The position numbers were made by a program, and so were the translations under genes. Of a stretch of 64,000 bases of DNA, positions 31,601 through 46,415 are shown piece by piece (the stretch's first letter is position 1; each line of letters starts with the position of its first letter). The notes under the pieces are model-generated. The model saw nothing but the letters and a program-made list of their open reading frames with translations, did no database searches and was not told where the DNA came from. This stretch comes from Euprymna scolopes. Its lineage: Eukaryota. The stretch lies in NCBI GenBank assembly GCA_053919585.1, contig CM132796.1. One strand, written 5' to 3'.

Positions 31601-32150
31601 CCATACATATATTATGAATGTTAATAGAGCTATCTTACAATCCATATATTATGAATGTCAGTAGAGCTATCTTACGATCCATATATTATGAATGTTTATA
31701 GAGCTATCTTACAATCCATATATTATGAATGTTAGTAGAGCTATCTTACAATCAATTTATTATGAATGTTAGTAGAGCTATCTTACCATCCATATATTAT
31801 GAATGTTAGTAGAGATATCTTACAATCCATATATTATGGATGTTAGTAGAGCTATCTTACCATCCAAATAATATGAATGTTAGTAGAGCTGTCTTACCAT
31901 ACATATATTATGAATGTTAATAGAGCTATCTTACAATCCATATATATAATGAATGTTAGTAGAGCTATCTTACAATCCATGTATTATGAATGTTAATAGA
32001 GCTATCTTACAATCCATATATTATGAATGTTAGTAGAGCTATCTTACCATACATATATTATGAATGTTAGTAGAGCTATCTTACCATCCAAATGTTATGA
32101 ATGTTAATAGAGCTATCTTACCATACATATATTATGAATGTTAGTAGAGC
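22680..32150 (+). repeat. Higher-order repeat region, family B: ~41-45-monomer units nested within a ~5.5-kb duplication
   Basis: The GCACTATC marker is at 23,785, 25,299, 26,966, 29,334 and 30,887 (spacings of 41, 45, 64 and 42 monomers). GGTAA(G/T)GGAGCTACC is at 23,851/29,401 (+5,550 = 150x37). TTGATAGAG is at 22,706/28,440. Confidence 0.8.
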
Positions 32151-32299
32151 TATCTTACCATCCATATATTATGAATGTTAGTAGAGCTATTTACGATCCA
32201 TATATTATGAATGTTAATAGAGCTATCTTACAATCCATAAATTATGAATGTTAGTAGAGCTATCTTACCATCCATATATTATGAATGTTAGTCGAGCTA

Positions 32300-35100
32300 T
32301 CTTACAATCCATATATTATGAATGTTAATAGAGCCATCTTACCATCCATATATTATGAATTTTAGTAGAGCAATCTTACCATCCAAATATTATGAATGTT
32401 AATAGAGCTATCTTACCATACATATATTATGAATGTTAGTAGAGCTATCTTTCAATCCAAATATTATGAATGTGAAATGAGCCATCCTACAGTTCATATA
32501 TTATGAATGTTAGTAGAGCTATCTTACCATCCATATATTATGAATGTTAGTAGGGCTATCTTTCCATCAAAATATTATGAATGTTAGTAGAGCTGTCTTA
32601 CCATCCATATCTTATGAATGTTAATAAAGCTATCTTACAATCCATATATTATGAATGTTAGTAGAGCTATCTTACAATCCATATATTATTAATGTTAATA
32701 GAGCTATCTTACAATCCATATATTATGAATGTTAGTAGAGCTATCTTACCATCCATATATTATGAATGTTAGTAGAGCTATCTTACCATCCAAATATTAT
32801 GAATGATAATAGAGCTATCTTACAATCCATATATTATGAATGTTAGTAGAGCTGTCTTACGATCCATATATTAGGAATGTTAGAAGAGCTATCTTACAAT
32901 CCATATATTATGAATGTCAGTAGAGCTATCTTACAATCCATATATTATGAATGTTAGTAGAGCTATCTTACCATCCATATATTATGAATGTTAGTAGAGT
33001 TATCTTACCATCCAAATATTATGAAGGTAAGTAGAGCTATCTTACCATACATATATTATGAATGTTAGATGAGCTATCTTACAATCCATATATTATTAAT
33101 GTTAATAGAGCTATCTTACAATCCATATATTATGAATGTTAGTAGAGCTATCTTATCATCCATATATTATGAATGTTAGTAGAGCTATCTTACAATCCAT
33201 ATATTATGAATGTTAGTAGAGCTATCTTACAATCCATATATTATGAATGTTAATAGAGCTATCTTACAATCCATATATTATGAATGTTAGTAGAGCTATC
33301 TTACCATCCATTTATTATGAATGTTGGTAGAGCTTTCTTACAATCCATATATTATGAATGTTAGTAGAGCTATCTTACCATCCATATATGATGAATGTTT
33401 GTAGAGTTATTTTACAATCCATATATTATGAATGTTAGTAGAGCTATCTTACCATCCATATATTATGAATGTTAGTAGAGATATCTTCCCATCCAAATAT
33501 TATGAATGTTAGTAAAGCTATCTTACCATACATATATTATGAATGTTAGTAAAGTTATCTTACCATCCAAATATTATGAATGTTAGTAGAGCTATCTTAC
33601 CATCCATATATTATGAATGTTAGTAGAGTTATCTTACCATCCATATAATATGAATGTTAGTAGAGCTATCTGTCCATCCATATATTATGAATGTTAGTAG
33701 AGCTATCTTACCATCCATATATTATGAATGTTAGTAGAGCTTTCTTACCATCCATATATTATGAATGTTAATAGAGCTATCTTACCATCCATATATTGTG
33801 AATTTTAGTAGAGCTATCTTACTATCCAAATATTATGAATGTTTATAGAGCTATCTTACCATACATATATTATGAATGTTAATAGAGCTATCTTTCCATC
33901 CAAATATTATGAATGTAAAATGAGCAATCTTACAGTCCATATATTATGAATGTTAGTAGAGCAATCTTACCATCCATATATTATGAATGTTAGTAGAGCT
34001 ATCTTACCATCCAAATATTATGAATGTTAGTAGAGCTGTCTTACCATACATATATTATGAATGTTAATAGAGCTATCTCACAATCCATATATTATGAATG
34101 TTAGTAGAGCTATCTTACAATCCATATATTATTAATGTTAATAGATCTATCTTACAATCCATATATTATGAATGTTAGTAGAGCTATCTTACCATCCATA
34201 TATTATGAATGTTAGTAGAGCTATCTTACCATCCAAATATTATGAATGTTAATAGAGCTATCTTACCATCCATATATTATGAATGTTAGTAGAGCTGTTT
34301 TACGATCCATATGTTATGAATGTTAGTAGAGCTATCTTACAATCCATATATTATGAATGTCAGTAGAGCTATCTTACAATCCATATATTATGAATGTTAG
34401 TAGAGCTATCTTACCATCCATATATTATGAATGTTAGTAGAGTTATCTTACCATCCAAATATTATGAATGTTAGTAGAGCTATCTTACCATCCATATATT
34501 ATGAATGTTAGTAGAGCTATCTTACAATCCATATATTATGAATGTTAATAGAGCTATCTTACAATCCATATATTATGAATGTTAGTAGAGCTATCTTACA
34601 ATCCATATATTATGAATGTTAGTAGAGCTATCTTACAATCCATATATTATGAATGTTAGTAGAGCTATCTTACAATCCATATATTATGAATGTTAATAGA
34701 GCTATCTTACAATCCATATATTATGAATGTTAGTAGAGCTATCTTACCATCCATTTATTATGAATGTTAGTAGAGCAATCTTACAATCCATATATTATGA
34801 ATGTTAGTAGAGCTATCTTACCATCAATATATTATGAATGTTTGTAGAGTTATCTTACAATCCAAATATTATGAATGTTAGTAGAGCTGTCTTACCATCC
34901 ATATATTATGAATGTTAGTAGAGTTATCTTACCATCCAAATATTATGAATGTTAGTAGAGCGATCTTACCATCCATATATTATGAATGTTAGTAGAGTTA
35001 TCTTACCATCAATATATTATGAATGTTAGTAGAGCCATCTTTCCATCCATATATTATGAATGTTAGTAGAGCTATCTTACAATCCATATATTATGAATGT
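32300..35100 (+). repeat. Older ~39-monomer (1,443 bp) duplication
   Basis: AAATGAGC...ACAGT is at 32,489/33,932 (+1,443 = 39x37). GCTGTC and GTCAG variants follow in the same order, with more divergence than the younger duplications. Confidence 0.7.
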
Positions 35101-38100
35101 TAGTAGAGCTATCTTACCATCCATATATTATGAATGTTAGTAGAGTTATCTTACCATCCATATATTAGGAATGTTAGTAAAGCTATTTTACACTCCATAT
35201 ATTATGAATGTTGGAAGAACAATCTTATCATCCATATATTATGAATGTTAGTAGAGCTATCTTACCATCCTTATATTATGAATGTTAGTAGAGCTATCTT
35301 ACCATCCATATATTATGAATGTTAGTAGAGCTATCTTACATGCCATATATTATGAATGTTAGTAGCACCATCTTACCATCCATATATTATGAATGTTATT
35401 AGAGTTATCTTACAATCCAAATATTGTGAATGTTAATAGAGCTACCTTACCATCCATGTATTATTAATGGTAGTAGAGCTATCTTACCATCCAAATATTA
35501 TGAATGTTAGTAGAGCTATCTTACCATCCAAATATTATGAATGTTAATAGAGCTTTCTTACAATCCATATATTATGAATGTTAGTAGAGATATCTTACAA
35601 TCCATATATTATGAATGTTAGTAGTGCTATCTTTCCATCCAAATATTATGAATGTTAATAGAGCTATCTTACAACTAATATATTATGAATGTTAATAGAG
35701 ATATCTTACCATCCATATATTATAAATGTTAGTAGAGCTATCTTACCATCCAAATATTATGAAGTTTAGTAGATCTATCTTACAATCCATATATTATGAA
35801 TGTTAGTAGAGCTATCTTACAATCCATACATTATGAATGTTAATAGAGCTTTCTTACCATACATATATTATGAATGTTAATAGAGCTATCTTACAATCCA
35901 TATATTATTAATGTTAGTAGAGCTATCTTACAATCCATATATTATGAATGTTAGTAGATCTATCTTACAATCCATATATTATGAATGTTAGTAGAGCTAT
36001 CTTACCATCCATATATTATGAATTTTAGTAGAGCTATCTTACCATCAATATATTATGAATGTTAATAGAACTATCTTACAATCCATATATTATGAATGTT
36101 AGTAGAGCTATCTTTCGATCCATATATTATGAATGTTAATAGAGCTATCTTACAATCAATATATTATGAATGTTAGTAGAGCTATCTTACTATCCATATA
36201 TTATGAATGTTAGTAGAGCTATCTTACCATTCATATATTTTTAATGTTAGTAGAGCTATCTTACCATCCATATATTATGAATGTTAGTAGAGCTATCTTA
36301 CCATCCATATATTATGAATGTTAATAGAGCTATCTTACCATCCATATATTATGAATTTTAGTAGAGCTATCTTACCATCCAAATATTATGAATGTTAATA
36401 GAGCTATCTTACCATACATATATTGTTAATGTTAATAGAGCTATCTTTCCATCCAAATATTATGAATGTTAATAGAGCTATCTTACAATCCATATATTAT
36501 GAATGTTAGTAGAGCAATCTTACCATCCATATATTATGAATGTTAGTAGAGCTATCTTACCATCCAAATATTATGAATGTTAGTAGAGCTGTCTTACCAT
36601 ACATATATTATGAATGTTAATAGAGCTATCTTACAATCCATATATTATTAATGTTAGTAGAGCTATCTTACAATCCAAATATTATGAATGTAAGTAGAGC
36701 TATCTTACAATCCATATATTATTAATGTTTGTAGAGCTATCTTACATCCATATATTATGAATGTTAGTAGAGCTTGCTTACAATCCTAATATTATGAATG
36801 TTAGTAGAGCTATCTTACCATCCATATATTATGAATGTTAGTAGAGCTATCTTACGATCCATATATTATGAATGTTAGTAGAGCTATCTTACAATCCATA
36901 GATTATGAATGTCAGTAGAGCTATCTTACAATCCATATATTATGAATGTTAGTAGAGCTATCTTACCATCCATATATTATGAATGTTAGTAGAGCTATCT
37001 TACCATCCAAATATTATGAATGTTAGTAGAGCTATCTTACCATCCATATAGTATGAATGTTAGTAGAGCTATCTTACAATCCATTTATTATGAATGTTAA
37101 TAGAGCTATCTTACAATCCATATATTATGAATGTTAGTAGAGATATCTTACAATCCATATATTATGAATGTTAGTAGTGCTATCTTTCCATCCAAATATT
37201 ATGAATGTTAATAGAGCTATCTTACAACTAATATATTATGAATGTTAATAGAGATATCTTACCATCCATATATTATAAATGTCAGTAGAGCTATCTTACC
37301 ATCCAAATATTATGAAGTTTAGTAGATCTATCTTACAATCCATATATTATGAATGTTTGTAGAGCTATCTTACAATCAATATATTATGAATTTTAATAGA
37401 GCTATCTTACAATCCATATATTATGAATGTTAGTAGAGCTATCTTACCATCCATATATTATGACTGTTAGTAGAGCTATCTTAAAATCCATATATTATGA
37501 ATGTTAGTAGAGCTATCTTACCATCCATATATTATGAATGTTAGTAGAGTTATCTTACCATCCAAATATTATGGATGTTAGTAGAGCTATCTTACCATCC
37601 ATATATTATGAATGTTTGTAGAGATATCTTACCATCTAAATATTATGAATGTTAGTAGAGCTATCTTACCATCCATATATTATGAATGTTACTAGAGTTA
37701 TCTTACCATCCATATCTTATGAATGCTAGTAGAGCTATCTTACCATCCATATATTATGAATGTTAGTAGAGCTATCTTACAATCCAAATATTATGAATGT
37801 TAGTAGAGATACTTACCATCCAAATATTATGAATGTTTATAGAGCTATCTTACCATCCATATATTATGAATGTTAGTAGAGCTATCTTACGATAAAAATA
37901 TTATGAATGTTAGTAGAGCTATCTTACAATCCATATATTATGCATGTCAGTAGAGCTATCTTACAATCCATATATTATTAATGTTAATAGAGCTATCTAA
38001 CAATCCATATATTATGAATGTTAGTAGAGCTATCTTACCATCCATATATTATGAATGTTAATAGAGCTATCTTACCATACATATATTATGAATGTTAGTA

Positions 38101-40744
38101 GAGCTTTCTTACAATCAATATATTACGAATGTTAATAGAACTATCTTACCATACATATATTATGAATGTAAGTAGAGCTATCTTACAATCCATATATTAT
38201 GAATGTTAGTAGAGCTATCTTACAATCCATATATTATGAATGTTAATAGAGCTATCTTACCATCAAAATATTATGAATGTTAGTAGAGCTATCTTACGAT
38301 CCATATATTAATAATGTTAATAGAGCTATCTTACAATCCATATATTGTGAATGTTAGTAGAGATATCTTACAATCCATATATTATGAATGTTAGTAGAGC
38401 TATCTTACAATCCATGTATTATGAATGTTTGTAGAGCTATCTTACAATCAATATATTATGAATTTTAATAGAGCTATCTTACAATCCATATATTATGAAT
38501 GTTAGTAGAGCTATCTTACCATCCATATATTATGACTGTTAGTAGAGCTATCTTAAAATCCATATATTATGAATGTTAGTAGAGCTATCTTACCATCCAT
38601 ATATTATGAATGTTAGTAGAGTTATCTTACCATCCAAATATTATGGATGTTAGTAGAGCTATCTTACCATCCATATATTATGAATGTTTGTAGAGATATC
38701 TTACTATCCAAATATTATGAATGTTAGTAGAGCTATCTTACTATCGATATATTATGAATGTTAGTAGAGTTATCTTACCATCCAAATATCATGAATGTTA
38801 GTTGAGCTATCTTACCATCCATATATTATGAATGTTAGTAGAGCTATCTTACCATCCATATATTATGAATGTTAGTAGAGCTATCTTACCATCAATATAT
38901 TATGAATTTTAGTAGACTATCTTACCATCCATATATTATGAATGTTAGTAGAGCTATCTTACTATCCATATATTATGAATGTTAGTAGAGTTATCTTACC
39001 ATCCATATATTATGAATGTTAGTAGAGCTATCTTTCCATCCATATATTAAGAATGTTAGAAGAGCTAACTTATCATCCATATATTATGAACGTTAGTAGA
39101 GCTATCTTACCATCCTTATATTATGAATGTAAGTAGAGATATCTTACCATCAATATATTATGAATGTTAGAAGAGCTATCTTACCATCCAAATATTATGA
39201 ATGTTAATAGAGCTATCTTACCATCCATATATTATGAATGTTATCAGAGCTATCTTACGATCCATATATTATGAATGTTTTTAGAGCTATCTTACAATCC
39301 ATATATTATGAATGTTAGTAGAGCTATCTTACAATCCATATGTTATGAATGTTAATAGAGCTATCTTACAATCCATATATTATGAATGTTAGTAAAGCTA
39401 TCTTACCATCCATATATTATAAATGTTAATAGAGCTATCTTACAATCCATATATTATGAATGTTAGTAGATCAATCTTACAATCCATATATTATGAATGT
39501 TAATAGAGCTATCTTACCATACATATATTATGAATGTTAGTAGAGCTATCTTACAATCCATATATTATGAATGTTAGTAGGGCTAGCTTACCATCCATAT
39601 ATTATGAATGTTAATAGAGCTATCTTACAATCCATATATTATGAAGGTTAGTAGAGCTATCTTACAATCAATATATTATGAATGTTAGTAGAGCTATCTT
39701 ACCATCCATATATTATGAATGTTACTAGAGTTATCTTACCATCCATATATTATGAATGTTAGTAGAGCTATCTTACCATCCATATATTATGAATGTTAGT
39801 AGAGTTATCTTACCATCCATATCTTATGAATGTTAGTAGAGCTATTTTACCATCAATATATTATGAATGTTAGTAGAGCTATCTTACCATCCATATTGTA
39901 TGAATGTTAATCAAGCTATCTTACAATCCATATATTATGAATGTTAGTAGAGCTATCTTACCATCCATATATTATGAATGTTAGTAGAGCTATCTTACCA
40001 TCCATATATTATGAATGTTACTAGAGTTATCTTACCATCCATATCTTATGAATGTTAGTAGAGCTATTTTACCATCGATATATTAAGAATGTTAGTAGAG
40101 CTATCTTATCATCAATATATTATAAATGTTAGTAGAGCTATCTTACCATCCTTATATTATGAATGTTAGTAGAGATATCTTACCAGCCATATATTATTAA
40201 TGTTAGAAGAGCTATCTTACAATCGAAATATTATGAATGTTAATAGAGCTATCTTACCATCAATATATTATGAATGTTAGTAGAGCTATCTTACGATCCA
40301 TATATTATAAATGTTAGTAGAGCTACCTTACGATCCATATATTATGAATGTCAGTAGAGCTATCTTACAATCCATATGTTATGAATGTTAACAGAGCTAT
40401 CTTACAATCCATATATTATGAACGTTAGTAGAGTTATTTTACCATCCATATATTATGAATGTTAGTAGAGCTATCTTACGATCCCTATATTATGACTGTT
40501 AGTAGAGCTATCTTACAATCACTATACTATGAATGTCAGTAGAGCTATCTTACAATCCATATATTATGAATGTAAGTAGAGCTATCTTACCATCCATATA
40601 TTATGAATGTTAGTAGAGTTATCTTACCATCCAAATATCATGAATGTTTGTAGAACTATCTTACCATCCATATGTTATGAATGTTAGTAGAGCTATCTTA
40701 CAATCCATATATTATGAATGTTAATAGAGCTATCTTACAATCCA

Positions 40745-43700
40745 TATATTATGAATGATAGTAGAGCTATCTTACAATCCATATATTATGAATGTTAATA
40801 GAGCTATCTTACAATCCATATATTATGAATGTTACTAGAGCTATCTTACAATCCATATATTATGAATGTTAATAGAGTCATCTTACAATCCAAATATTAT
40901 GACTGTTAGTAGAGCTATCTTACCATCCAAATATTATAAATGTTAGTAGAGCTATCTTACAATCCATATATTATGAATGTTAGAAGAGCTTTCTTACCAT
41001 CCATATATTATGAATGTTAGTAGAGTTATCTTACAATCCAAATATTATGAATTTTAGTAGAGCTATCTTACCATCCATATATTATGAATGTTAGTAGAGT
41101 TATCTTACCATCCAAATATTATGAATGTTAGAAGAGCTATCTTACAATCCATATATTATGAATGTTAGTAGAGTTATCTTACGATCCAAATATTATGAAT
41201 GTTAGTAGAGCTATCTTACAATCCATATATTATGAATGTTAGTAGAGTTATCTTACAATCCATATATTATGAATGTTAGTAGAGCTATCTTTCCATCCAT
41301 ATATTAAGAATGTTAGAAGAGCTAACTTATCATCCATATATTATGAACGTTAGTAGAGCTATCTTACCATCCTTTTATTATGAATGTAAGTAGAGATATC
41401 TTACCATCCATATATTATGAATGTTAGAAGAGCTATCTTACCATCCAAATATTATGAATGTTAATAGAGCAATCTTACCATCCATATATTATGAATGTTA
41501 GTAGAGCTATCTTACGATCCATATATTATGAATGTTTTTAGAGCTATCTTACAATCCATATATTATGAATGTTAGTAGAGCTATCTTACAATCCATATGT
41601 TATGAATGTTAATAGAGCTATCTTACAATCAATATATTATGAACGTTAGTAGAGTTATTTTACCATCCATATATTATGAATGTTAGTAGAGCTATCTTAC
41701 GATCCCTATATTATGACTGTTAGTAGAGCTATCTTACAATCACTATACTATGAATGTCAGTAGAGCTATCTTACAATCCATATATTATGAATGTAAGTAG
41801 AGCTATCTTACCATCCATATATTATGAATGTTAGTAGAGTTATCTTACCATCCATATATTATAAATGTTAATAGAGCTATCTTACAATCCATATATTATG
41901 AATGTTAGTAGATCTATCTTACAATCAATATATTATGAATGTTAATAGAGCTATCTTACCATACATATATTATGAATGTTAGTAGAGCTATCTTACAATC
42001 CATATATTATGAATGTTAGTAGGGCTAGCTTACCATCCATATATTATGAATGTTAATAGAGCTATCTTACAATCCATATATTATGAATGTTAGTAGAGCT
42101 ATCTTACAATCAATATATTATGAATGTTAATAGAGCTATCTTACCATCCATATATTATGAATGTTACTAGAGCTATCTTACCATCCATATATTATGAATG
42201 TTAGTAGAGCTTTCTTACCATCCATATATTATGAATGTTAATAGAGTTATCTTACCATCCATATCTTATGAATGTTAGTAGAGCTATTTTACCATCAATA
42301 TATTATGAATGTTAGTAGAGCTATCTTACCATCCATATTGTATGAATGTTAATAGAGCTATCTTACAATCCATATATTATGAATGGTAGTAGAGCTATCT
42401 TACCATCCATATATTATGAATGTTAGTAGAGCTATCTTACCATCCATATATTATGAATGTTACTAGAGTTATCTTACCATCCATATCTTATGAATGTTAG
42501 TAGAGCTATCTTACCATCCATATATTATGAATGTTAGTAGAGCTATCTTACAATCCAAATATTATGAATGTTAGTAGAGATACTTACCATCCAAATATTA
42601 TGAATGTTTATAGAGCTATCTTACACTCCATATATTATGAATGTTAGTAGAGCTATCTTACGATCAAAATATTATGAATGTTAGTAGAGCTATCTTACAA
42701 TCCATATATTATGAATGTCAGTAGAGCTATCTTACAATCCATATATTATTAATGTTAATAGAGCTATCTTACAATCCATATATTATGAATGTTAGTAGAG
42801 CTACCTTACCATCCATATATTATGAATGTTAATAGAGCTATCTTACCATACATATATTATGAATGTTAGTAGAGCTATCTTACAATCAATATATTACGAA
42901 TGTTAATAGAACTATCTTACCATACATATATTATGAATGTAAGTAGAGCTATCTTACAATCCATATATTATGAATGTTAGTAGAGCTATCTTACAATCCA
43001 TATATTATGAATGTTAATAGAGCTATCTTACCATCAAAATATTATGAATGTTAGTAGAGCTATCTTACGATCCATATATTAATAATGTTAATAGAGCTAT
43101 CTTACAATCCATATATTATGAATGTTAGTAGAGATATCTTACAATCCATATATTATGAATGTTAGTAGAGCTATCTTACAATCCATGTATTATGAATGTT
43201 TGTAGAGCTATCTTACAATCAATATATTATGAATTTTAATAGAGCTATCTTACAATCCATATATTATGAATGTTAGTAGAGCTATCTTACCATCCATATA
43301 TTATGACTGTTAGTAGAGCTATCTTAAAATCCATATATTATGAATGTTAGTAGGGCTATCTTACCATCCATATATTATGAATGTTAGTAGAGTTATCTTA
43401 CCATCCAAATATTATGGATGTTAGTAGAGCTATCTTACCATCCATATATTATGAATGTTTGTAGAGATATCTTACCATCCAAATATTATGAATGTTAGTA
43501 GAGCTATCTTACTATCAATATATTATGAATGTTAGTAGAGTTATCTTACCATCCAAATATCATGAATGTTAGTAGAGCTATCTTACCATCCATATATTAT
43601 GAATGTTAGTAGAGCTATCTTACCATCCATATATTATGAATGTTAGTAGAGCTATCTTACCATCAATATATTATGAATGATAGTAGAGCTATCTTACAAT

Positions 43701-46415
43701 CCATATATTATGAATGTTAATAGAGCTATCTTACAATCCATATATTATGAATGTTACTAGAGCTATCTTACAATCCATATATTCTGAATGTTAATAGAGT
43801 CATCTTACAATCCAAATATTATGACTGTTAGTAGAGCTATCTTACCATCCAAATATTATAAATGTTAGTAGAGCTATCTTACAATCCATATATTATGAAT
43901 GTTAGAAGAGCTTTCTTACCATCCATATATTATGAATGTTATTAGAGTTATCTTACAATCCAAATATTATGAATTTTAGTAGAGCTATCTTACCATCCAT
44001 ATATTATAAATGTTAGTAGAGTTATCTTACCATCCAAATATTATGAATGTTAGAAGAGCTATCTTACAATCCATATATTATGAATGTTAGTAGAGTTATC
44101 TTACGATCCAAATATTATGAATGTTAGTAGAGCTATCTTACAATCCATATATTATGAATGTTAGTAGAGTTATCTTACAATCCATATATTATGAATGTTA
44201 GTAGAGCTATCTTTCCATCCATATATTAAGAATGTTAGAAGAGCTAACTTATCATCCATATATTATGAACGTTAGTAGAGCTATCTTACCATCCTTTTAT
44301 TATGAATGTAAGTAGAGATATCTTACCATCCATATATTATGAATGTTAGAAGAGCTATCTTACCATCCAAATATTATGAATGTTAATAGAGCAATCTTAC
44401 CATCCATATATTATGAATGTTAGTAGAGCTATCTTACGATCCATATATTATGAATGTTTTTAGAGCTATCTTACAATCCATATATTATGAATGTTAGTAG
44501 AGCTATCTTACAATCCATATGTTATGAATGTTAATAGAGCTATCTTACAATCAATATATTATGAATGTTAGTAAAGCTATCTTACCATCCATATATTATA
44601 AATGTTAATAGAGCTATCTTACAATCCATATATTATGAATGTTAGTAGATCTATCTTACAATCCATATATTATGAATGTTAATAGAGCTATCTTACCATA
44701 CATATATTATGAATGTTAGTAGAGCTATCTTACAATCCATATATTATGAATGTTAGTAGGGCTAGCTTACCATCCATATATTATGAATGTTAATAGAGCT
44801 ATCTTACAATCCATATATTATGAATGTTAGTAGAGCTATCTTACAATCAATATATTATAAATGTTAGTAGAGCTATCTTACCATCCATATATTATGAATG
44901 TTACTAGAGCTATCTTACCATCCATATATTATGAATGTTAGTAGAGCTATCTTACCATCCATATATTATGAATGTTAGTAGAGTTATCTTACCATCCATA
45001 TCTTATGAATGTTAGTAGAGCTATTTTACCATCAATATATTATGAATGTTAGTAGAGCTATCTTACCATCCATATTGTATGAATGTTAATAGAGCTATCT
45101 TACAATCCATATATTATGAATGGTAGTAGAGCTATCTTACCATCCATATATTATGAATGTTAGTAGAGCTATCTTACCATCCATATATTATGAATGTTAC
45201 TAGAGTTATCTTACCATCCATATCTTATGAATGTTAGTAGAGCTATCTTACCATCCATATATTATGAATGTTAGTAGAACTATCTTACAATCCAAATATT
45301 ATGAATGTTAGTAGAGATACTTACCATCAAAATATTATGAATGTTTATAAAGCTATCTTACACTCCATATATTATGAATGTTAGTAGAGCTATCTTACGA
45401 TAAAAATATTATGAATGTTAGTAGAGCTATCTTACAATCCATATATTATGAATGTCAGTAGAGCTATCTTACAATCCATATATTATTAATGTTAATAGAG
45501 CTATCTTACAATCCATATATTATGAATGTTAGTAGAGCTATCTTACCATCCATATATTATGAATGTTAATAGAGCTATCTTACCATACATATATTATGAA
45601 TGTTAGTAGAGCTATCTTACAATCAATATATTACGAATGTTAATAGAACTATCTTACCATACATATATTATGAATGTAAGTAGAGCTATCTTACAATCCA
45701 TATATTATGAATGTTAGTAGAGCTATCTTACAATCCATATATTATGAATGTTAAAAGAGCTATCTTACCATCAAAATATTATGAATGTTAGTAGAGCTAT
45801 CTTACGATCCATATATTAATAATGTTAATAGAGCTATCTTACAATCCATATATTATGAATGTTAGTAGAGATATCTTACAATCCATATATTATGAATGTT
45901 AGTAGAGCTATCTTACAATCCATGTATTATGAATGTTTGTAGAGCTATCTTACAATCAATATATTATGAATTTTAATAGAGCTATCTTACAATCCATATA
46001 TTATGAATGTTAGTAGAGCTATCTTACCATCCATATATTATGACTGTTAGTAGAGCTATCTTAAAATCCATATATTATGAATGTTAGTAGAGCTATCTTA
46101 CCATCCATATATTATGAATGTTAGTAGAGTTATCTTACCATCCAAATATTATGGATGTTAGTAGAGCTATCTTACCATCCATATATTATGAATGTTTGTA
46201 GAGATATCTTACCATCCAAATATTATGAATGTTAGTAGAGCTATCTTACTATCGATATATTATAAATGTTAGTAGAGTTATCTTACCATCCAAATATCAT
46301 GAATGTTAGTAGAGCTATCTTACCATCCATATATTATGAATGTTAGTAGAGCTATCTTACCATCCATATATTATGAATGTTAGTAGAGCTATCTTACCAT
46401 CAATATATTATGAAT
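40745..46415 (+). repeat. Local tandem duplication of a 74-monomer (2,737 bp) unit; the first unit carries 5 extra monomers
   Basis: GATAGTAG at 40,757/43,679 and CCTTTT at 41,371/44,293 (+2,922). TTACACTCC at 42,621/45,358 and ATAATG at 43,082/45,819 (+2,737 = 74x37-1). Confidence 0.88.

Larger units (their letters stand above)
7580..32709 (+). repeat. Macro-duplication, copy 1 (~25 kb)
   Basis: Rare variants recur in the same order in copy 2. Examples: TTAAAATCC 7,706/37,481; TTATCAG 9,467/39,241; CCGTCAAT 16,661/48,691; GAATGTGGTA 19,891/51,812; AAAGGTTAGT 20,521/52,441; TACTCTGAAT 22,251/54,171; TTAAATACC 25,081/56,556; CTGACC 29,822/60,631; TGTGAAATGAGCC 32,471/63,762. Confidence 0.93.
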
